64,000 nucleotides of DNA from Trypanosoma brucei (lineage: Eukaryota), in assembly GCA_000002445.1 (NCBI GenBank), contig CP000066.1, positions 1,024,001-1,088,000 of the forward strand, read 5' to 3'. Shown here in pieces: positions 10,817-22,048 of this stretch. Position 1 is the stretch's first letter; each line of letters starts with the position of its first letter. The position numbers were made by a program, and so were the translations under genes. Below the pieces are notes generated by a model, which was given only the letters and a program-made list of their open reading frames with translations, ran no database searches and was not told the origin of the DNA.

Positions 10817-11274
10817 GCAATGTTGTAAACACAGGGGTATGCGTGTATGTATGTACGTGCTTGTGTGTGCGCGTTTGGCGCCGTTTTACAATTTTCATTG
10901 GAACTCTGCTTTGGCTCTCCGCTGTTGCTTTAACTGTTGTTGCTGACTGCACGGTCCATACAACTATTACCTACTCGCCTGCATAGAGAGTTTAAATCCT
11001 TTCGCCTTTCCTATGTTTCCTTTGTTTTCTCCGTGTGGCTTGAGTGACGTTAGCCTTTAGGGGGCTGGATAACCGAGGTGGAGACAAACCCGCGTTTTCT
11101 TAAGCTTCCCCCCCCGCACGCGCGTGCCCATACGATATTTTACTCTTTTAAGCACTTAGCGTGTATACAAGTACGGACGGACGCACAATAATTCGAAAAA
11201 AATAAAGCTGCGGTTTCTGGTTGTTTAGCTACTATTTTGTCCGTCGCTGCCATTAGTGTTTACTTCTGCGTGTG

Positions 11275-11634
11275 ATGCAGCCGCAGAGCTCCCTTTTCCG
11301 CGCGCGGGCCCAAGCGCATGGCGAGGCCCGTCCAAATGGTACTGGCGCACTGACTGAAAATGCCGTGGCGGAGAATGATCAGATTATGTCCGCATTGCTT
11401 AGTGACGTGAGGGCTGTAAAGAAAAACTTCACCTCCATGGGCGTCGAGGTGCGGCGACAGAATTCTTTTTTAGACTCACTTCAAGATACATTTGGACGTA
11501 CGCGCGCGCGCTTAAACCGTACGATGAGGTACTTGAACCTGCCGGAACTCACAAGTGCGAAACATATGTGGGTGCTTTTCGTGTTCGTGTTCGTCGTCCT
11601 TGTGCTGATATATATAATGCTGAAGTCCCGGTGA
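11275..11634 (+). CDS. tail-anchored Q-SNARE, Bet1-like (Qc), ~119 aa
   Basis: The track start at 11272 is GTG; the real ATG is 11275. The heptad SNARE motif IMSALLSDVRAVKKNFTSMGVEVRRQNSFLDSLQDTFGRTRARLNRTMRYL has a central Gln (VRRQNSF). A single C-terminal TM (HMWVLFVFVFVVLVLIYIML) is followed by 3 residues. Size and topology are typical of Bet1/Sft1. Confidence 0.65.
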   Translation: MQPQSSLFRARAQAHGEARPNGTGALTENAVAENDQIMSALLSDVRAVKKNFTSMGVEVRRQNSFLDSLQDTFGRTRARLNRTMRYLNLPELTSAKHMWVLFVFVFVVLVLIYIMLKSR

Positions 11635-13619
11635 GGCCGCTCCGCGTGTTGTTGACGGCAGTGGATGTTGTTGTGACTTTCCTTCCTTCCCTTCCACCTT
11701 AAAATTATTGCACTTGCCGTTGCGTCGTTTGCATTTCTACGCCTCACTGCCATTGCTTTGTATGTGTGCGTGCGTAGTGTCTCTTTGTCTCTTTCTTTCT
11801 GTTTCTCTTTGTTGTCGTTGTTGTTTGCGTGTCACCGTCATTTTTTCCCTTCTCCTCCCTTCATTTTTTTTTTGATGGCTGTAGACATTAATTTACTGAG
11901 GTACTCCGCCTTGTTATGATATGTTTGGGAGGATGGAGGGGGGCAGCATGTGGCTTACTCCGTTCAGTCAATCACTTTTCTTGGATATGTCTGATATAAA
12001 AATAAGTAAGTAAATATATATGTGTTTATTTGTAACTGTATTCGCTTGTGTTCGTGAATGCATCTGTTCTCCTCTTGCTTTGTTGTGTTATCTTCTGCTA
12101 TTTCTCTTTTCTTCTTTTTGTTTCTTTCTCCGTCCCCCTCTATCATACTTCTCGTAACGGATAATATTATTAACCTCCTGATTTTCGCTGTCTCTTTTTG
12201 GCAGACAAATCGAGCATAATTATTTTTTCTTTTTGTTTTACTTTTGGTGTATCCAATCCGAAAGCATCTACACTAGTATTTGCTACGCGTTTATCCTTTA
12301 CTATTTTACTTTTTCCCCCTAATTTATTGGGAGAACTGGCGCCACTGACGTGAGTTCTCCGCACCCCTTCACTTTAATTCAACTGCCACTTTATCGTTAT
12401 TTTCTTACTAATATTAGTTTTAATATCCTTCAACTGACTAGAAGTTTCTGGTGGTCTTTTTAAAGTTTTGACTAATCTTGTTTTATTTCGTGTTGTTTAA
12501 TTTTTTTTTGTTGCTTGCGCCACCGCTCGTTGGCAAACCCAATAGACAGTTATTGGAAGCTTTTATTTCTTACCAGAGGGGGGGGGGAAACAAAGAGAGA
12601 GCAGTGGTGTGGGAGTATAAAAATACGGAAAAAGTTAGGAAAAAATATTCTGAAGTAAGAAATTGAGGAAAGGAGGGAGAGGAGTAAAAATAAGAAAAAA
12701 AAGATTTTATTTTTGCTGTATTTTTGTTTTTAACAACCAAAAGGAAACGGAGGGTGAAACTAAAACCCCAAACAAAAAGGGCTAATATTTATAACTCTTT
12801 GCAGACTTCGGCTTTTCAGTCAGTTTACTCACAAGAAGAGCAAATACACGCGTGTGTGAAGGCTTTATAAGGCCCACTGGTGTGTCATCGTCAGCGATTG
12901 TCTTACTTAAGAAACACTTGACGTGTAGACATCGCAAGTAAAGTAGAAGGGGGAAAAAGTGGATTACGCCATTGACTTCCATCGTACTAATCAAAAGATT
13001 AAAGAATAAAAGAAAAGGAAACAATAGTAAAACAGAATAAGAACGAATACAGTGAACAAAGGGTGTGTGTGTTTGTGTGCGCCTGAGAACAATAGAGAGG
13101 CACAGCTGAAAGTTAGGCTACATAAAGTCATATCAAAATACGAAAAGAACGGAAAGCATAAAGTCACATAAACATAAAGCTAAGGAATAAGGGAGAGAAA
13201 AGCCAAAAAGAAAGAAAAAGGTTAATAGGCGCACAACCGTCATTTGACTGGTGCTGCAATCGCTTCAGAGGAGTTTCTAGAACAAGAATTAGTAGTGACG
13301 TGATATTTCTTACAGCGTAAAGGGAAATAAGGAAACAACAAAGGGGAAGAAGGCCGGGCAGGAGCCCAGCAGTTATTCGAACAAATAATAGGAAGGGTAC
13401 CACCAAATAAAAACAACCAACCAACCAGTTCCCTCCTAAAAAGGCCACGCAACTCACTTTTTGTTTGTGCGTGGTGGCATAGTAAATACCTTTTTTTGTT
13501 TTATTTTAGTGCCTTGAGGCACGAGGAATTTTACCAACAGGAGGATTTGCAGAAAACTGTACGTAACCCTGCTGAAGTTGCAGTGAAGAGAGGTGAGTAC
13601 TAAGGACGGAAGCAGGGAA

Positions 13620-16600
13620 ATGGCATCGGCGTGGTGCATTCAGTTCAGGGCATTCCTGTGCAAGGTGCTCCTGCAACTCAAGTCAGCATTATTTACCACT
13701 ATTTTTATGTTGCTACTTCCAACCCTCGTAATGCTTGTGCTGGTTGCAGGATACCGCTCAACCGCCATCATTCACGTGCCGGAAATGCAATATGATGAGA
13801 ATCCTCTTATAAATTCTTCAAAGATTTTCGAGAACCACTTTTGCACGAATCGTGATGCCCCGTTTTCGTTTCGTAGGCGTTTGCCTGTTCCGATGTGCTA
13901 CCCACCGTCGGAAGAGTTTGAGTGCCTTCCTTCCGTGCGTGGAGGTTCATTGTGTGTTCTCGATGCCACGTTGGCACGTGAGGCACTCGCGCAGCTGTTT
14001 GTAGCGGCTGGCCCCGTTGTTATTCCAACACTCGATGCCTATTTGGGACTGTCAGCGTTTGTGACACATGAGTTACGGCGCGAGAACCCGAGTCTGTTCG
14101 CCCGCTCCGCAAAAGAGGGCATGGGCCACTACGGTAAACTATTACTTGTGGATACGAAATCTGCCAATCATGGTGCTGCAGCGCGTTTCAGGACATTTTG
14201 TTCCAATGTAAGCGTTCTTTGCAATGAGGTGTTAGGCGATTTGCCCATTTTTGCATCTATGGCCGATGCCCGCCGGTATGCCATGGAGAACGATGGGGAG
14301 GTATGGGCTATTGCGGATATCACTGACGACCACCGGGGCGTTGGAAATTTCGTGGGGCGCGGGAATCACTTCACTATTAGCATGAATTACTCCGCAACCC
14401 CGTGGACGACGGAGGCGGCCATACCAACAACCAAAGCGATGGAGGAAGGTAACAATCTGCTGTACATCACTAGCGGGTTTCTTACTTTGCAGAACGCCAT
14501 CCAACAATTTTATGTGCGGGAACGTTTGGGGGGTAGGCTTAATTCCTCCGCGATTTTTCAGTACACTAATCTGTATGGACCTACGACTGTGGCAATGCCG
14601 TCTCCACCGCAATTCAAAAGCACATTTTATAAGTGGGGACATTACATGCCCTTGCTCGCAATTATCGCTGCTCTTTTATCCGGCATGGTGTTTGCGCGTT
14701 TAATTGTGAATGAGAAAGCTCGAATGATTCGGGGGTGTATGGAAGTAATGGGACTTCGGTGGTCCGCTATGGCATTGGGGTGGCTCATCATTGCGTTCTT
14801 GATGGACTTCATTGCTGTATGTGTGCCCGTCTTATTGGTAGGGTTCACCTTTTTCCACTACGTGAACTTGGCAGTACTGTTCGTATTATACTGGAGTTTC
14901 TTGTGCCAAATAAGAGCGTTGTGCCTCTTCTTGAGTACCTTTTTCACGAAGCCACGGTACGTGAAATTGGCTATATGTGTTGTTACAGTGTGTTGCATCA
15001 TGTCGTACTATCGCACACCGGAAAGTTACCATGCACCAAAGGTGAAGTTCATGAGTCTACTCCCTTGTGTCGGCTACCTTGCGTCATTTGACCAGCTGAT
15101 CCAGCATGCGAGCACGAGCCAAAAGTTCCATTGGAGGGATACCGTTGAAGGGTGCAACTCTGTGGCACTTCTTGTTGGTATGACATGGGTTTCCACGTTC
15201 ATTATGTTGGTACTGTGGAGTTACTTGGACCAAGTGCTTCCTACTTCATCGTGCTGTCGTAAACACCCGCTTTTTTTCCTTCAGGCGTTTCGTCGCTTTC
15301 TGTGCCACCCTCGGGACGAAAACACAGATGTTATTTCCTTTCCATGGAGGGAACTGGGAAAGGATGAGATACCGCCGTCCATGAAGTCTGTGCTGGATCA
15401 GCATCCAGAGTGCCGGGATACAGAGAATCAGACGATAGCTGCGGTACTTTATGGGCTGTGTAAGCAGAAGAAAAGGCAGAACTGGTTCTGTTGGAAGCGC
15501 GGCTCTAGTGCAGGCATCTCATTCGGAACCAGCGGTAGTGCGGCTGTAGATGACGTTTCGTGCGCGCTCGAGTTCGGAAAGGTGAATATGCTTATTGGAC
15601 CCAGCGGGTGCGGCAAGTCCACGCTCATAGGCATGGCTGTTGGTGCTGTGAGGCCCGATGCTGGTGCCGTCTACATTTGTGGCCACTCTACAGTAACTGA
15701 GCCCGAGAAGTGCCGCAGGAACATTGGATACTGCCCACAATCAGACGTTTTGTGGGAGGATCTTACTGTGGAGCAGCACCTTACCTTCTATGCTCGACTA
15801 AAGTGTGGCGGTGTTTGGGATGTGCGAGAGATTGTGAATGACATTATTGACACCCTAAATTTGGAGGCACAGTGGCTTACAAAGGCGCGGAATCTATCGA
15901 GGGGTCAGCGCCGTCGCTTATGCGTCGGTATTGCATTGATTGGTGACCCTGCCGTGCTATTTCTTGATGATCCAACGGCAGGGATGGACGTTAAGGGGCG
16001 AAGGGCGGTGTGTGAGGCGCTGAGCAAGGGGCGTGAAGGGCGTGCCGTGCTGATAGCCACCCACGAAATTGATGACGCGGAACGTATCGGGGATTACATC
16101 CACGTCATGCAGGGTTGTACTGTACGTGACTCGGGCTCGCCGCTCGTTTTAAAATCAAAGGCAAGTGCTGGGTACGTTTTAAAATGTGTCGTTAGCCCTG
16201 GCCTGACGATTGAAGAGGAGGATGACTGCATCAACCGACTTGTAGATTTCGTACGGGCTATTGCCCCTGGCGATTACGGCAGTCGTCCCGCGCGGGAGAG
16301 TCACGGTACGGTTTGTGGTGTTGGGCTCCTTGGTGTAGAGCGGCGGGGGCGTCAGGTTTCATTCCGCTTTCCGCTCGCCCTGCTCTCGTCTGAAGGCGTC
16401 TCCGTTGTTGGCGAAATAGAGGCTCGTCGCAGCGAGTTCCACCTGCAAAGTATTGGACTGAGCATCGCAACGCTACAGGATGTTTTGGATTACCTGACGG
16501 TTCAGCATCAACCAACGGCCGGTGCAAATGGAGACAGTGGGCTGTGTGGACTGTCGTTGGATGAAACGAATACGCCGCGCCGCGCTGGTGGCAATGGTTC

Positions 16601-19157
16601 CACTGTTTCCGTGGAATTTACCCCGTCTGGGACGATTCGAGACGATGAAAAGTTCTCTGCTACTTCCGGCCTCGGTCGAGCGGACACGAATGCCACACGA
16701 GACGGGGGGCTTCAGTGGACGTTCTTCTCGCATTTCGCTGCTCTTTTTGTGAAGCGGCTACATTCGGCGAAGTGGGATGCACAGCTCATGTTTTACTACA
16801 TTGTGATGCCTCTCGCATTCGCTCTTCTTTCGCTTCCCGTTGGTAAGGTTAAGCCAACTGTTCAGCCAGCGTTAACACTCGACTCTTCAATGTACCGCGC
16901 CGGCCAGAAGTCTCCCAACTCTACTCTTGTTTGGACTTACTCCAGTGTTCTTGATGACGCGTTTGGTGTTGCAAAATCTGATCTGCGTAATGTTTTCGGG
17001 CCCTATTATACGCCGGTGATGGTTGAATGTCACAGAGCGGGTTGTACCGAAGCCTTGTCTGACGTTCTTTATCAGTACTTGAATGGTAACAACTCTCATG
17101 CCGATGTTGCTATCGCACTTACCGGTGCGATGTATGGGGTTGCCACTTCTGTAACGATGCACAACCTCTCTTCACCCCATGCAGCGGCCCAGTCCCTCAA
17201 CATGCTGTACGATGTGGTGAACAATCAGCTATTTGGCGAAGGATCTTTTGTGACAGCACGTAATGAACCAATGCCAATGGGCCCGCACGAGGAGGAAATG
17301 TTTGCCGCGTTCCACCGCATTATTGCTGCTCTCTTTGTTATATTGGCCTTTATTCTCATTCCGGCTAACGTCGTTGGTCGTATTGTGAAGGAGGTGCAGT
17401 GTGGCGCGTATCATCTCCAATGTTTGGCTGGTGCTAATGCATTCTCCTTCTGGCTTAGTGCCATGCTCTTCGATTTCTTATGCTACGTTGTGGCTGAGAT
17501 TCTCGTGTTGATCGTGTTGTTTGCGTCTGGGTGCGATGAACTCGTTGGCGATGGCCATACAATTCTTGCCGCACTAGCTCTTTTTACGATGTTCGGCCTT
17601 TGCCACATTCCGTTCTCCTACGTTCTGAGCTTTCTGTTCAAATCCTCACGAAGAGCGCAAAGCACCGTTCTTGTTGGGAGCCTCGTGCTTGGAATTATGT
17701 GGATTCTGATTGAGCCTTTGGCCGTTAAAAACAACCGTGTGGCAGGCATTGTTATGGGCGTGACAAGTTTTCTGCGCGTCACACCGTGCCTTGCTTTCAG
17801 TGAGGCCCTCATGGCTATGGTGTGTACGAGGTTGGCGAATATACGAAAGCCGCTGAGGGAGCGACCAAGTCTCTTCAGCCCGCTAGGTTACAGTAGGGGT
17901 GGTTTAACCGGTGGTACCGGAACGGGTCTCCTGTACATGGTAGGTACCTTTTTCGTTTGCCTGTTGTTATTTGCCCTACTAGAGCTGCTGAGGCGTCGGG
18001 GAGCGGTGTGTTGCCTCGGACCGTGCTCGGAAGGGGATGGTGATGGGAAGCTAAACGCTGCTGCGCATCGAGGCAACCGTAAGAGAATGAAGAGACGGGG
18101 AAAAGGCACCCCCGAAGATTGGTGCGCCAACGAAGAGATGACCTCTTACCGTAATGGGGAGTTGGAGGAGGGGCGGGGTGCCGCGGCAGTGGGCCTCTCA
18201 CTTCAACACGTCACCAAGAGATACGCGGGAGTCTCCACTTTGGCCCTTCGAGACATTTCAATATCTGTGTACAAGGGGGAGACGCTGACGGTTTTGGGTC
18301 TTAATGATTCCGGTAAGTCAACAATTCTTTCTATCCTTGCAGGCAGGGTACCACCAACAACTGGGTTTGCTGGCGTCGGTGAAACCATCGTACGTCCCAA
18401 CGCCGCCCAAAGTAAGGTTGGTTACTGCCCACAAAAAGATGCGCTGATGGACAACTTAACACCATATGATCATCTTCTCTTGTTCTCTAGGCTGCGTGGT
18501 AGCACTGAGGAGCAAATCCACAGTGAGGTACCGCGGCTTCTTTGCGTGTTGGGTTTGGAGGACGTGAAGAACTGCCTCGTGCGCACACTAACTCCGGCTC
18601 AGAAGAGGCGGTTGTCGCTCGCTGTAGCCTTCGTCGGTGGGACCACGTATCTTCTGCTGGATGAGCCAACCGCCGATATGGACTTCATGTCACGAAGGCA
18701 AGTTTTCGCTGCTGTACAGGGATTAGGCAGGGCAAAGTCCGTCATTCTTGCGTCACGCCACCTGGAGGAGATGGAGGTGCTTGTGGATCGTGCCGCTTTT
18801 ATTGAGTACGGACGCTTGCGATACATTGGCACTCCTCAGGAATTGATGTCGCACTTTACCTGCGACGTCATGTACACTGTGAGGGTGGCGTTTGGCAACA
18901 CTGTCGCCCCACAGCTGGACCCGCTGGGGGAAACCGTGCGAAACCTTTGTAAGTGCTTTGACAAGGCGCAGGGTTCGCGGGGTTGTCGCATAAAGAGTGT
19001 TGTTGGTCGCACCGTTACGCTGGCGGTGACCTGCGATCTCTTGTTTGTGTGCCAGCAAAGTGCCGCGATTAGTGAAGGGGCAATCCCCGGTCTATCGCCA
19101 GTGGTACAGGTGAGCGCCACACAACCGCAGTTGGACGACATCTTGTTGGATTTTTAA
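13620..19157 (+). CDS. full-size ABC transporter, ABCA subfamily architecture (TMD1-NBD1-TMD2-NBD2)
   Basis: The track start at 13593 is GTG; the first ATG, 13620 (MASAWCIQFRAFLCKVLLQLK...), gives the typical ABCA N-terminus. NBD1 has Walker A LIGPSGCGKSTL, signature LSRGQRRRL and Walker B VLFLDDPTAGMD. NBD2 has Walker A VLGLNDSGKSTI, signature LTPAQKRRL and Walker B LLLDEPTADMD. A large hydrophilic loop follows the first TM, and two sets of about 6 TM helices are present. Confidence 0.9.
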   Translation: MASAWCIQFRAFLCKVLLQLKSALFTTIFMLLLPTLVMLVLVAGYRSTAIIHVPEMQYDENPLINSSKIFENHFCTNRDAPFSFRRRLPVPMCYPPSEEFECLPSVRGGSLCVLDATLAREALAQLFVAAGPVVIPTLDAYLGLSAFVTHELRRENPSLFARSAKEGMGHYGKLLLVDTKSANHGAAARFRTFCSNVSVLCNEVLGDLPIFASMADARRYAMENDGEVWAIADITDDHRGVGNFVGRGNHFTISMNYSATPWTTEAAIPTTKAMEEGNNLLYITSGFLTLQNAIQQFYVRERLGGRLNSSAIFQYTNLYGPTTVAMPSPPQFKSTFYKWGHYMPLLAIIAALLSGMVFARLIVNEKARMIRGCMEVMGLRWSAMALGWLIIAFLMDFIAVCVPVLLVGFTFFHYVNLAVLFVLYWSFLCQIRALCLFLSTFFTKPRYVKLAICVVTVCCIMSYYRTPESYHAPKVKFMSLLPCVGYLASFDQLIQHASTSQKFHWRDTVEGCNSVALLVGMTWVSTFIMLVLWSYLDQVLPTSSCCRKHPLFFLQAFRRFLCHPRDENTDVISFPWRELGKDEIPPSMKSVLDQHPECRDTENQTIAAVLYGLCKQKKRQNWFCWKRGSSAGISFGTSGSAAVDDVSCALEFGKVNMLIGPSGCGKSTLIGMAVGAVRPDAGAVYICGHSTVTEPEKCRRNIGYCPQSDVLWEDLTVEQHLTFYARLKCGGVWDVREIVNDIIDTLNLEAQWLTKARNLSRGQRRRLCVGIALIGDPAVLFLDDPTAGMDVKGRRAVCEALSKGREGRAVLIATHEIDDAERIGDYIHVMQGCTVRDSGSPLVLKSKASAGYVLKCVVSPGLTIEEEDDCINRLVDFVRAIAPGDYGSRPARESHGTVCGVGLLGVERRGRQVSFRFPLALLSSEGVSVVGEIEARRSEFHLQSIGLSIATLQDVLDYLTVQHQPTAGANGDSGLCGLSLDETNTPRRAGGNGSTVSVEFTPSGTIRDDEKFSATSGLGRADTNATRDGGLQWTFFSHFAALFVKRLHSAKWDAQLMFYYIVMPLAFALLSLPVGKVKPTVQPALTLDSSMYRAGQKSPNSTLVWTYSSVLDDAFGVAKSDLRNVFGPYYTPVMVECHRAGCTEALSDVLYQYLNGNNSHADVAIALTGAMYGVATSVTMHNLSSPHAAAQSLNMLYDVVNNQLFGEGSFVTARNEPMPMGPHEEEMFAAFHRIIAALFVILAFILIPANVVGRIVKEVQCGAYHLQCLAGANAFSFWLSAMLFDFLCYVVAEILVLIVLFASGCDELVGDGHTILAALALFTMFGLCHIPFSYVLSFLFKSSRRAQSTVLVGSLVLGIMWILIEPLAVKNNRVAGIVMGVTSFLRVTPCLAFSEALMAMVCTRLANIRKPLRERPSLFSPLGYSRGGLTGGTGTGLLYMVGTFFVCLLLFALLELLRRRGAVCCLGPCSEGDGDGKLNAAAHRGNRKRMKRRGKGTPEDWCANEEMTSYRNGELEEGRGAAAVGLSLQHVTKRYAGVSTLALRDISISVYKGETLTVLGLNDSGKSTILSILAGRVPPTTGFAGVGETIVRPNAAQSKVGYCPQKDALMDNLTPYDHLLLFSRLRGSTEEQIHSEVPRLLCVLGLEDVKNCLVRTLTPAQKRRLSLAVAFVGGTTYLLLDEPTADMDFMSRRQVFAAVQGLGRAKSVILASRHLEEMEVLVDRAAFIEYGRLRYIGTPQELMSHFTCDVMYTVRVAFGNTVAPQLDPLGETVRNLCKCFDKAQGSRGCRIKSVVGRTVTLAVTCDLLFVCQQSAAISEGAIPGLSPVVQVSATQPQLDDILLDF

Positions 19158-20182
19158 CATAATTATGGACTGGTGTCCGTGAGAAAGGTGTAGGTTGTGC
19201 CGTTTCCCGTGTTTGCGTCTGGCGGAAGAGAGTGCTTGCGTGTTCCTTTTTGTTACTCACACACACCTCGTTCCCCCTTTTCATTCGAAGTGTGAGGTTG
19301 AATATGTGAAGAGGGAGGTGAAAAGGAGCAAGAAGGACAATTGTCTAACTGGCGCAAATTCAGGTAGACATCTCAGGAGTGAACAAATATGGGGTTCAAA
19401 GGCGCGCGCGCTGGGGGAGGGGAGGGAGCGGTTCCCACTTCCTAACACAATGAGACCAACGTACTTTTCTTACTTTATTATTATTAATTTATTTTCTTAG
19501 TCTTACGTAAGTCAAGGGCATCCAGTGGTTGTGCTGTATTTGTTGACTGCGCGAGTGTTTGAGTGGATGGAAGAGAGGAAAGAGGTGCTGGTTCGCTAAT
19601 GAAGAGTTAGTGGAAGGGAAATATTGTAACATCGCGTTTTCATCTTGTTGTACACCTATTGGAGGAGATGCGAGTAAGCTTGTGGTAATATTTAAAAGAA
19701 AGTTATTCCAAGGAAGTTAAGTTATAAATTTATTTATTCGTGTATGTAGTTTCCTTTTCTATTTCCCTTATTCCTTTTAGCAGATCGAAGGAGTGCATAC
19801 TGCAGTAGCACAGCATATAGAATTTTCTTCTCTGCCATTGTCTAATACTGCTATTTTTTTTTCTTTTGTTGGCTCATCTATTTTTAAATATTTTCCGTTA
19901 GTCCCCTTTCTTACTGCTGGTTAGTAGAGCTTTTGGGAGGTAGGTGTCCGGAGACATCTTCCACTCTTTCTTTCCTTTTCATTTTCCTTTGCTTCGCTCT
20001 CCACCATTTGTTTTCGCTTTCTTTTTCTTCACGTCCTTTCTTAGTTGTCTCATCAAACATCTGGTTGACAAGGTCTCGCCATAGCTGCAGTGAGGCGGTG
20101 AAGGACACAACAAAGGCAGTAGCAAAGGGCTGCGCCTCTCAACCTTCGCACAGCGCTCTCGGTTCTACAGAACTTGCAGAAA

Positions 20183-22048
20183 ATGAGAAACATCTGGGTT
20201 TCTGTTCCCAACGGCCACGGACACGGACAAGGCGCAGCTGTCCCGGCCACGGATAATTCGTCGATATCTGCAGATTCCTCCCCGCCGTGTACCAAACGGA
20301 TGCGGCGTTATATAGCTCCAACCAGCGTAGACCTGCAACGCTGCCGAAAGGAAGAGCCGATTCCGATGCCGATGCCAGCGCCGTCACCTTCGACTATGCT
20401 TTCAGCTAAACAGTGGCCCCAACACATGCTTCAGGGCCGCGTGCATGTGGCAGCGACCTGTGGGCAACCCACAGTGACCGTTGGCTCCAAGTTAATTCCG
20501 CCATTTTCCACAGCGACCGTAAGAGTTGGCGGGCCGACTTTCAGAGCTGGTGTTACTGTTAGTGCGCCTCTGCAGCCTGTCCCTTTTCAAGGGCATCAAA
20601 GCCAGGAGCCGCGAGGGAAACATTTGTGCGTGCGGATGTATCTCCCACAGTCGGATCCTCCTCTGCAGTCGTGGTGTGACGTGCACCCAAACCCATTAAT
20701 AGGACTTCCAGGCCGAGTGACTAACGCACCCCCGATGGAGCGTGAGCCACCCAAATACTTCTGCGACCCGTGCCAGAAAGGGTACAACACACAAGAGCAG
20801 TATGACCGTCACATGAAGACTCACATTTGGTGCTCATTTCCCGGCTGCAAGTTCACCTGCCTGCGAAGCCGCGAGTGGAAGATGGAAGCGCACATTGAGA
20901 CTCTCCACAATAGGCCCGACGCGCCTAATCTCAGTGATGTGGGGGCCTACCTGGCGCAGCGCAGGGGCCGTTTTCCCACCCAGGATTCCGTCAAGGCTAA
21001 AATGGAGGAGCTCTTCTATAAGGCTTCAAGGGGAGTTGTGCTCCCGGATGATCGTAGACGGTGGCTTCGTCAACATGGTATTTTGGTGGGGAAGCGCCCG
21101 CGAACAGGGGAGAGTTACATTGTAACTAGTGCGTCACGAAATGCAAAGAAAGTGGTTTGCTCCGAGTCAGAAGATGTAAAGGCCAATGAGGGACGTGCCG
21201 ACACATCTGATGCACCGGAAACTCAACGGGTATGTGAAGAGGGATGTAGTGGTGCCAGTGACAGTTCTCAGTGCGACGGTAACCGTCTGCGTAATAAGGA
21301 GGATCCATCCGTTTCCGTTGGTCGAGGCGGTGAATGTGAGTCCGCCGACTGCACCGGGAGTGCGATTGAGCACCGTCAGCACAAACAGAAGGATCACAGT
21401 CGGCCAAGGAGGATTATACCCTGTGGTCCTAATGGTTCCCTTTCGAACGCTCAAAAGGTTCAACTTATACGCGAGCGTTACCGCGAGGCAAAAACTGTGC
21501 CACGGTTTTACGTATGTAGTTGCTGTGGCGAGAAGGGGCAGCATTGGGTAACTGACTGCCCAAAAAGGAGTGATCAAGTGTTTGAGCGGCGTATCGTATG
21601 GGGTGAGGAGCGACGGGACCCTCCGAAACCGAAACTCCGTGATGACAATATCGTACCAGCAATGACATCATGCAGTGAAGGGAATGCTGTTGTTGATGAG
21701 ACCGCTGCCGGACCGAGTAGCGGTGATGTTGGGGTTACCAGCGATGTGGCTGAGCCTTGGGTTGAGGATGTGGGCCCTCCGCCTGAGCTGCCGGCTAGAA
21801 GGGCATGTAACGAAGAGGACAGCCGCGTGCCCAACAACGCCGCGGAGGGAAGAGGAGGTGCAACTCACAAGTGTGGCGTCAAAGAGGAGAGAAGGCAACG
21901 GGCGCAGCGCCGTGATCATCGACGTGTCCCGCCTCCGCCACCCACATTGTTTGAGCGGCTTACGGAGGATCGGAACTCGGTGGAACACGGGCTTCTTCTG
22001 CAGGCGATACGTTTTTTTGTGAAGAGTAATTTCTTTGAGCCTCGTTAA
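20183..22048 (+). CDS. zinc-finger protein (two C2H2 fingers plus a CCHC-like knuckle), otherwise low-complexity
   Basis: The track start at 20174 is TTG; the first ATG is 20183. C2H2 fingers are YFCDPCQKGYNTQEQYDRHMKTH and CSFPGCKFTCLRSREWKMEAHIETLH. The knuckle-like element is YVCSCCGEKGQHWVTDCPK. The rest is Pro/Ser/Arg-rich. Confidence 0.6.
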   Translation: MRNIWVSVPNGHGHGQGAAVPATDNSSISADSSPPCTKRMRRYIAPTSVDLQRCRKEEPIPMPMPAPSPSTMLSAKQWPQHMLQGRVHVAATCGQPTVTVGSKLIPPFSTATVRVGGPTFRAGVTVSAPLQPVPFQGHQSQEPRGKHLCVRMYLPQSDPPLQSWCDVHPNPLIGLPGRVTNAPPMEREPPKYFCDPCQKGYNTQEQYDRHMKTHIWCSFPGCKFTCLRSREWKMEAHIETLHNRPDAPNLSDVGAYLAQRRGRFPTQDSVKAKMEELFYKASRGVVLPDDRRRWLRQHGILVGKRPRTGESYIVTSASRNAKKVVCSESEDVKANEGRADTSDAPETQRVCEEGCSGASDSSQCDGNRLRNKEDPSVSVGRGGECESADCTGSAIEHRQHKQKDHSRPRRIIPCGPNGSLSNAQKVQLIRERYREAKTVPRFYVCSCCGEKGQHWVTDCPKRSDQVFERRIVWGEERRDPPKPKLRDDNIVPAMTSCSEGNAVVDETAAGPSSGDVGVTSDVAEPWVEDVGPPPELPARRACNEEDSRVPNNAAEGRGGATHKCGVKEERRQRAQRRDHRRVPPPPPTLFERLTEDRNSVEHGLLLQAIRFFVKSNFFEPR

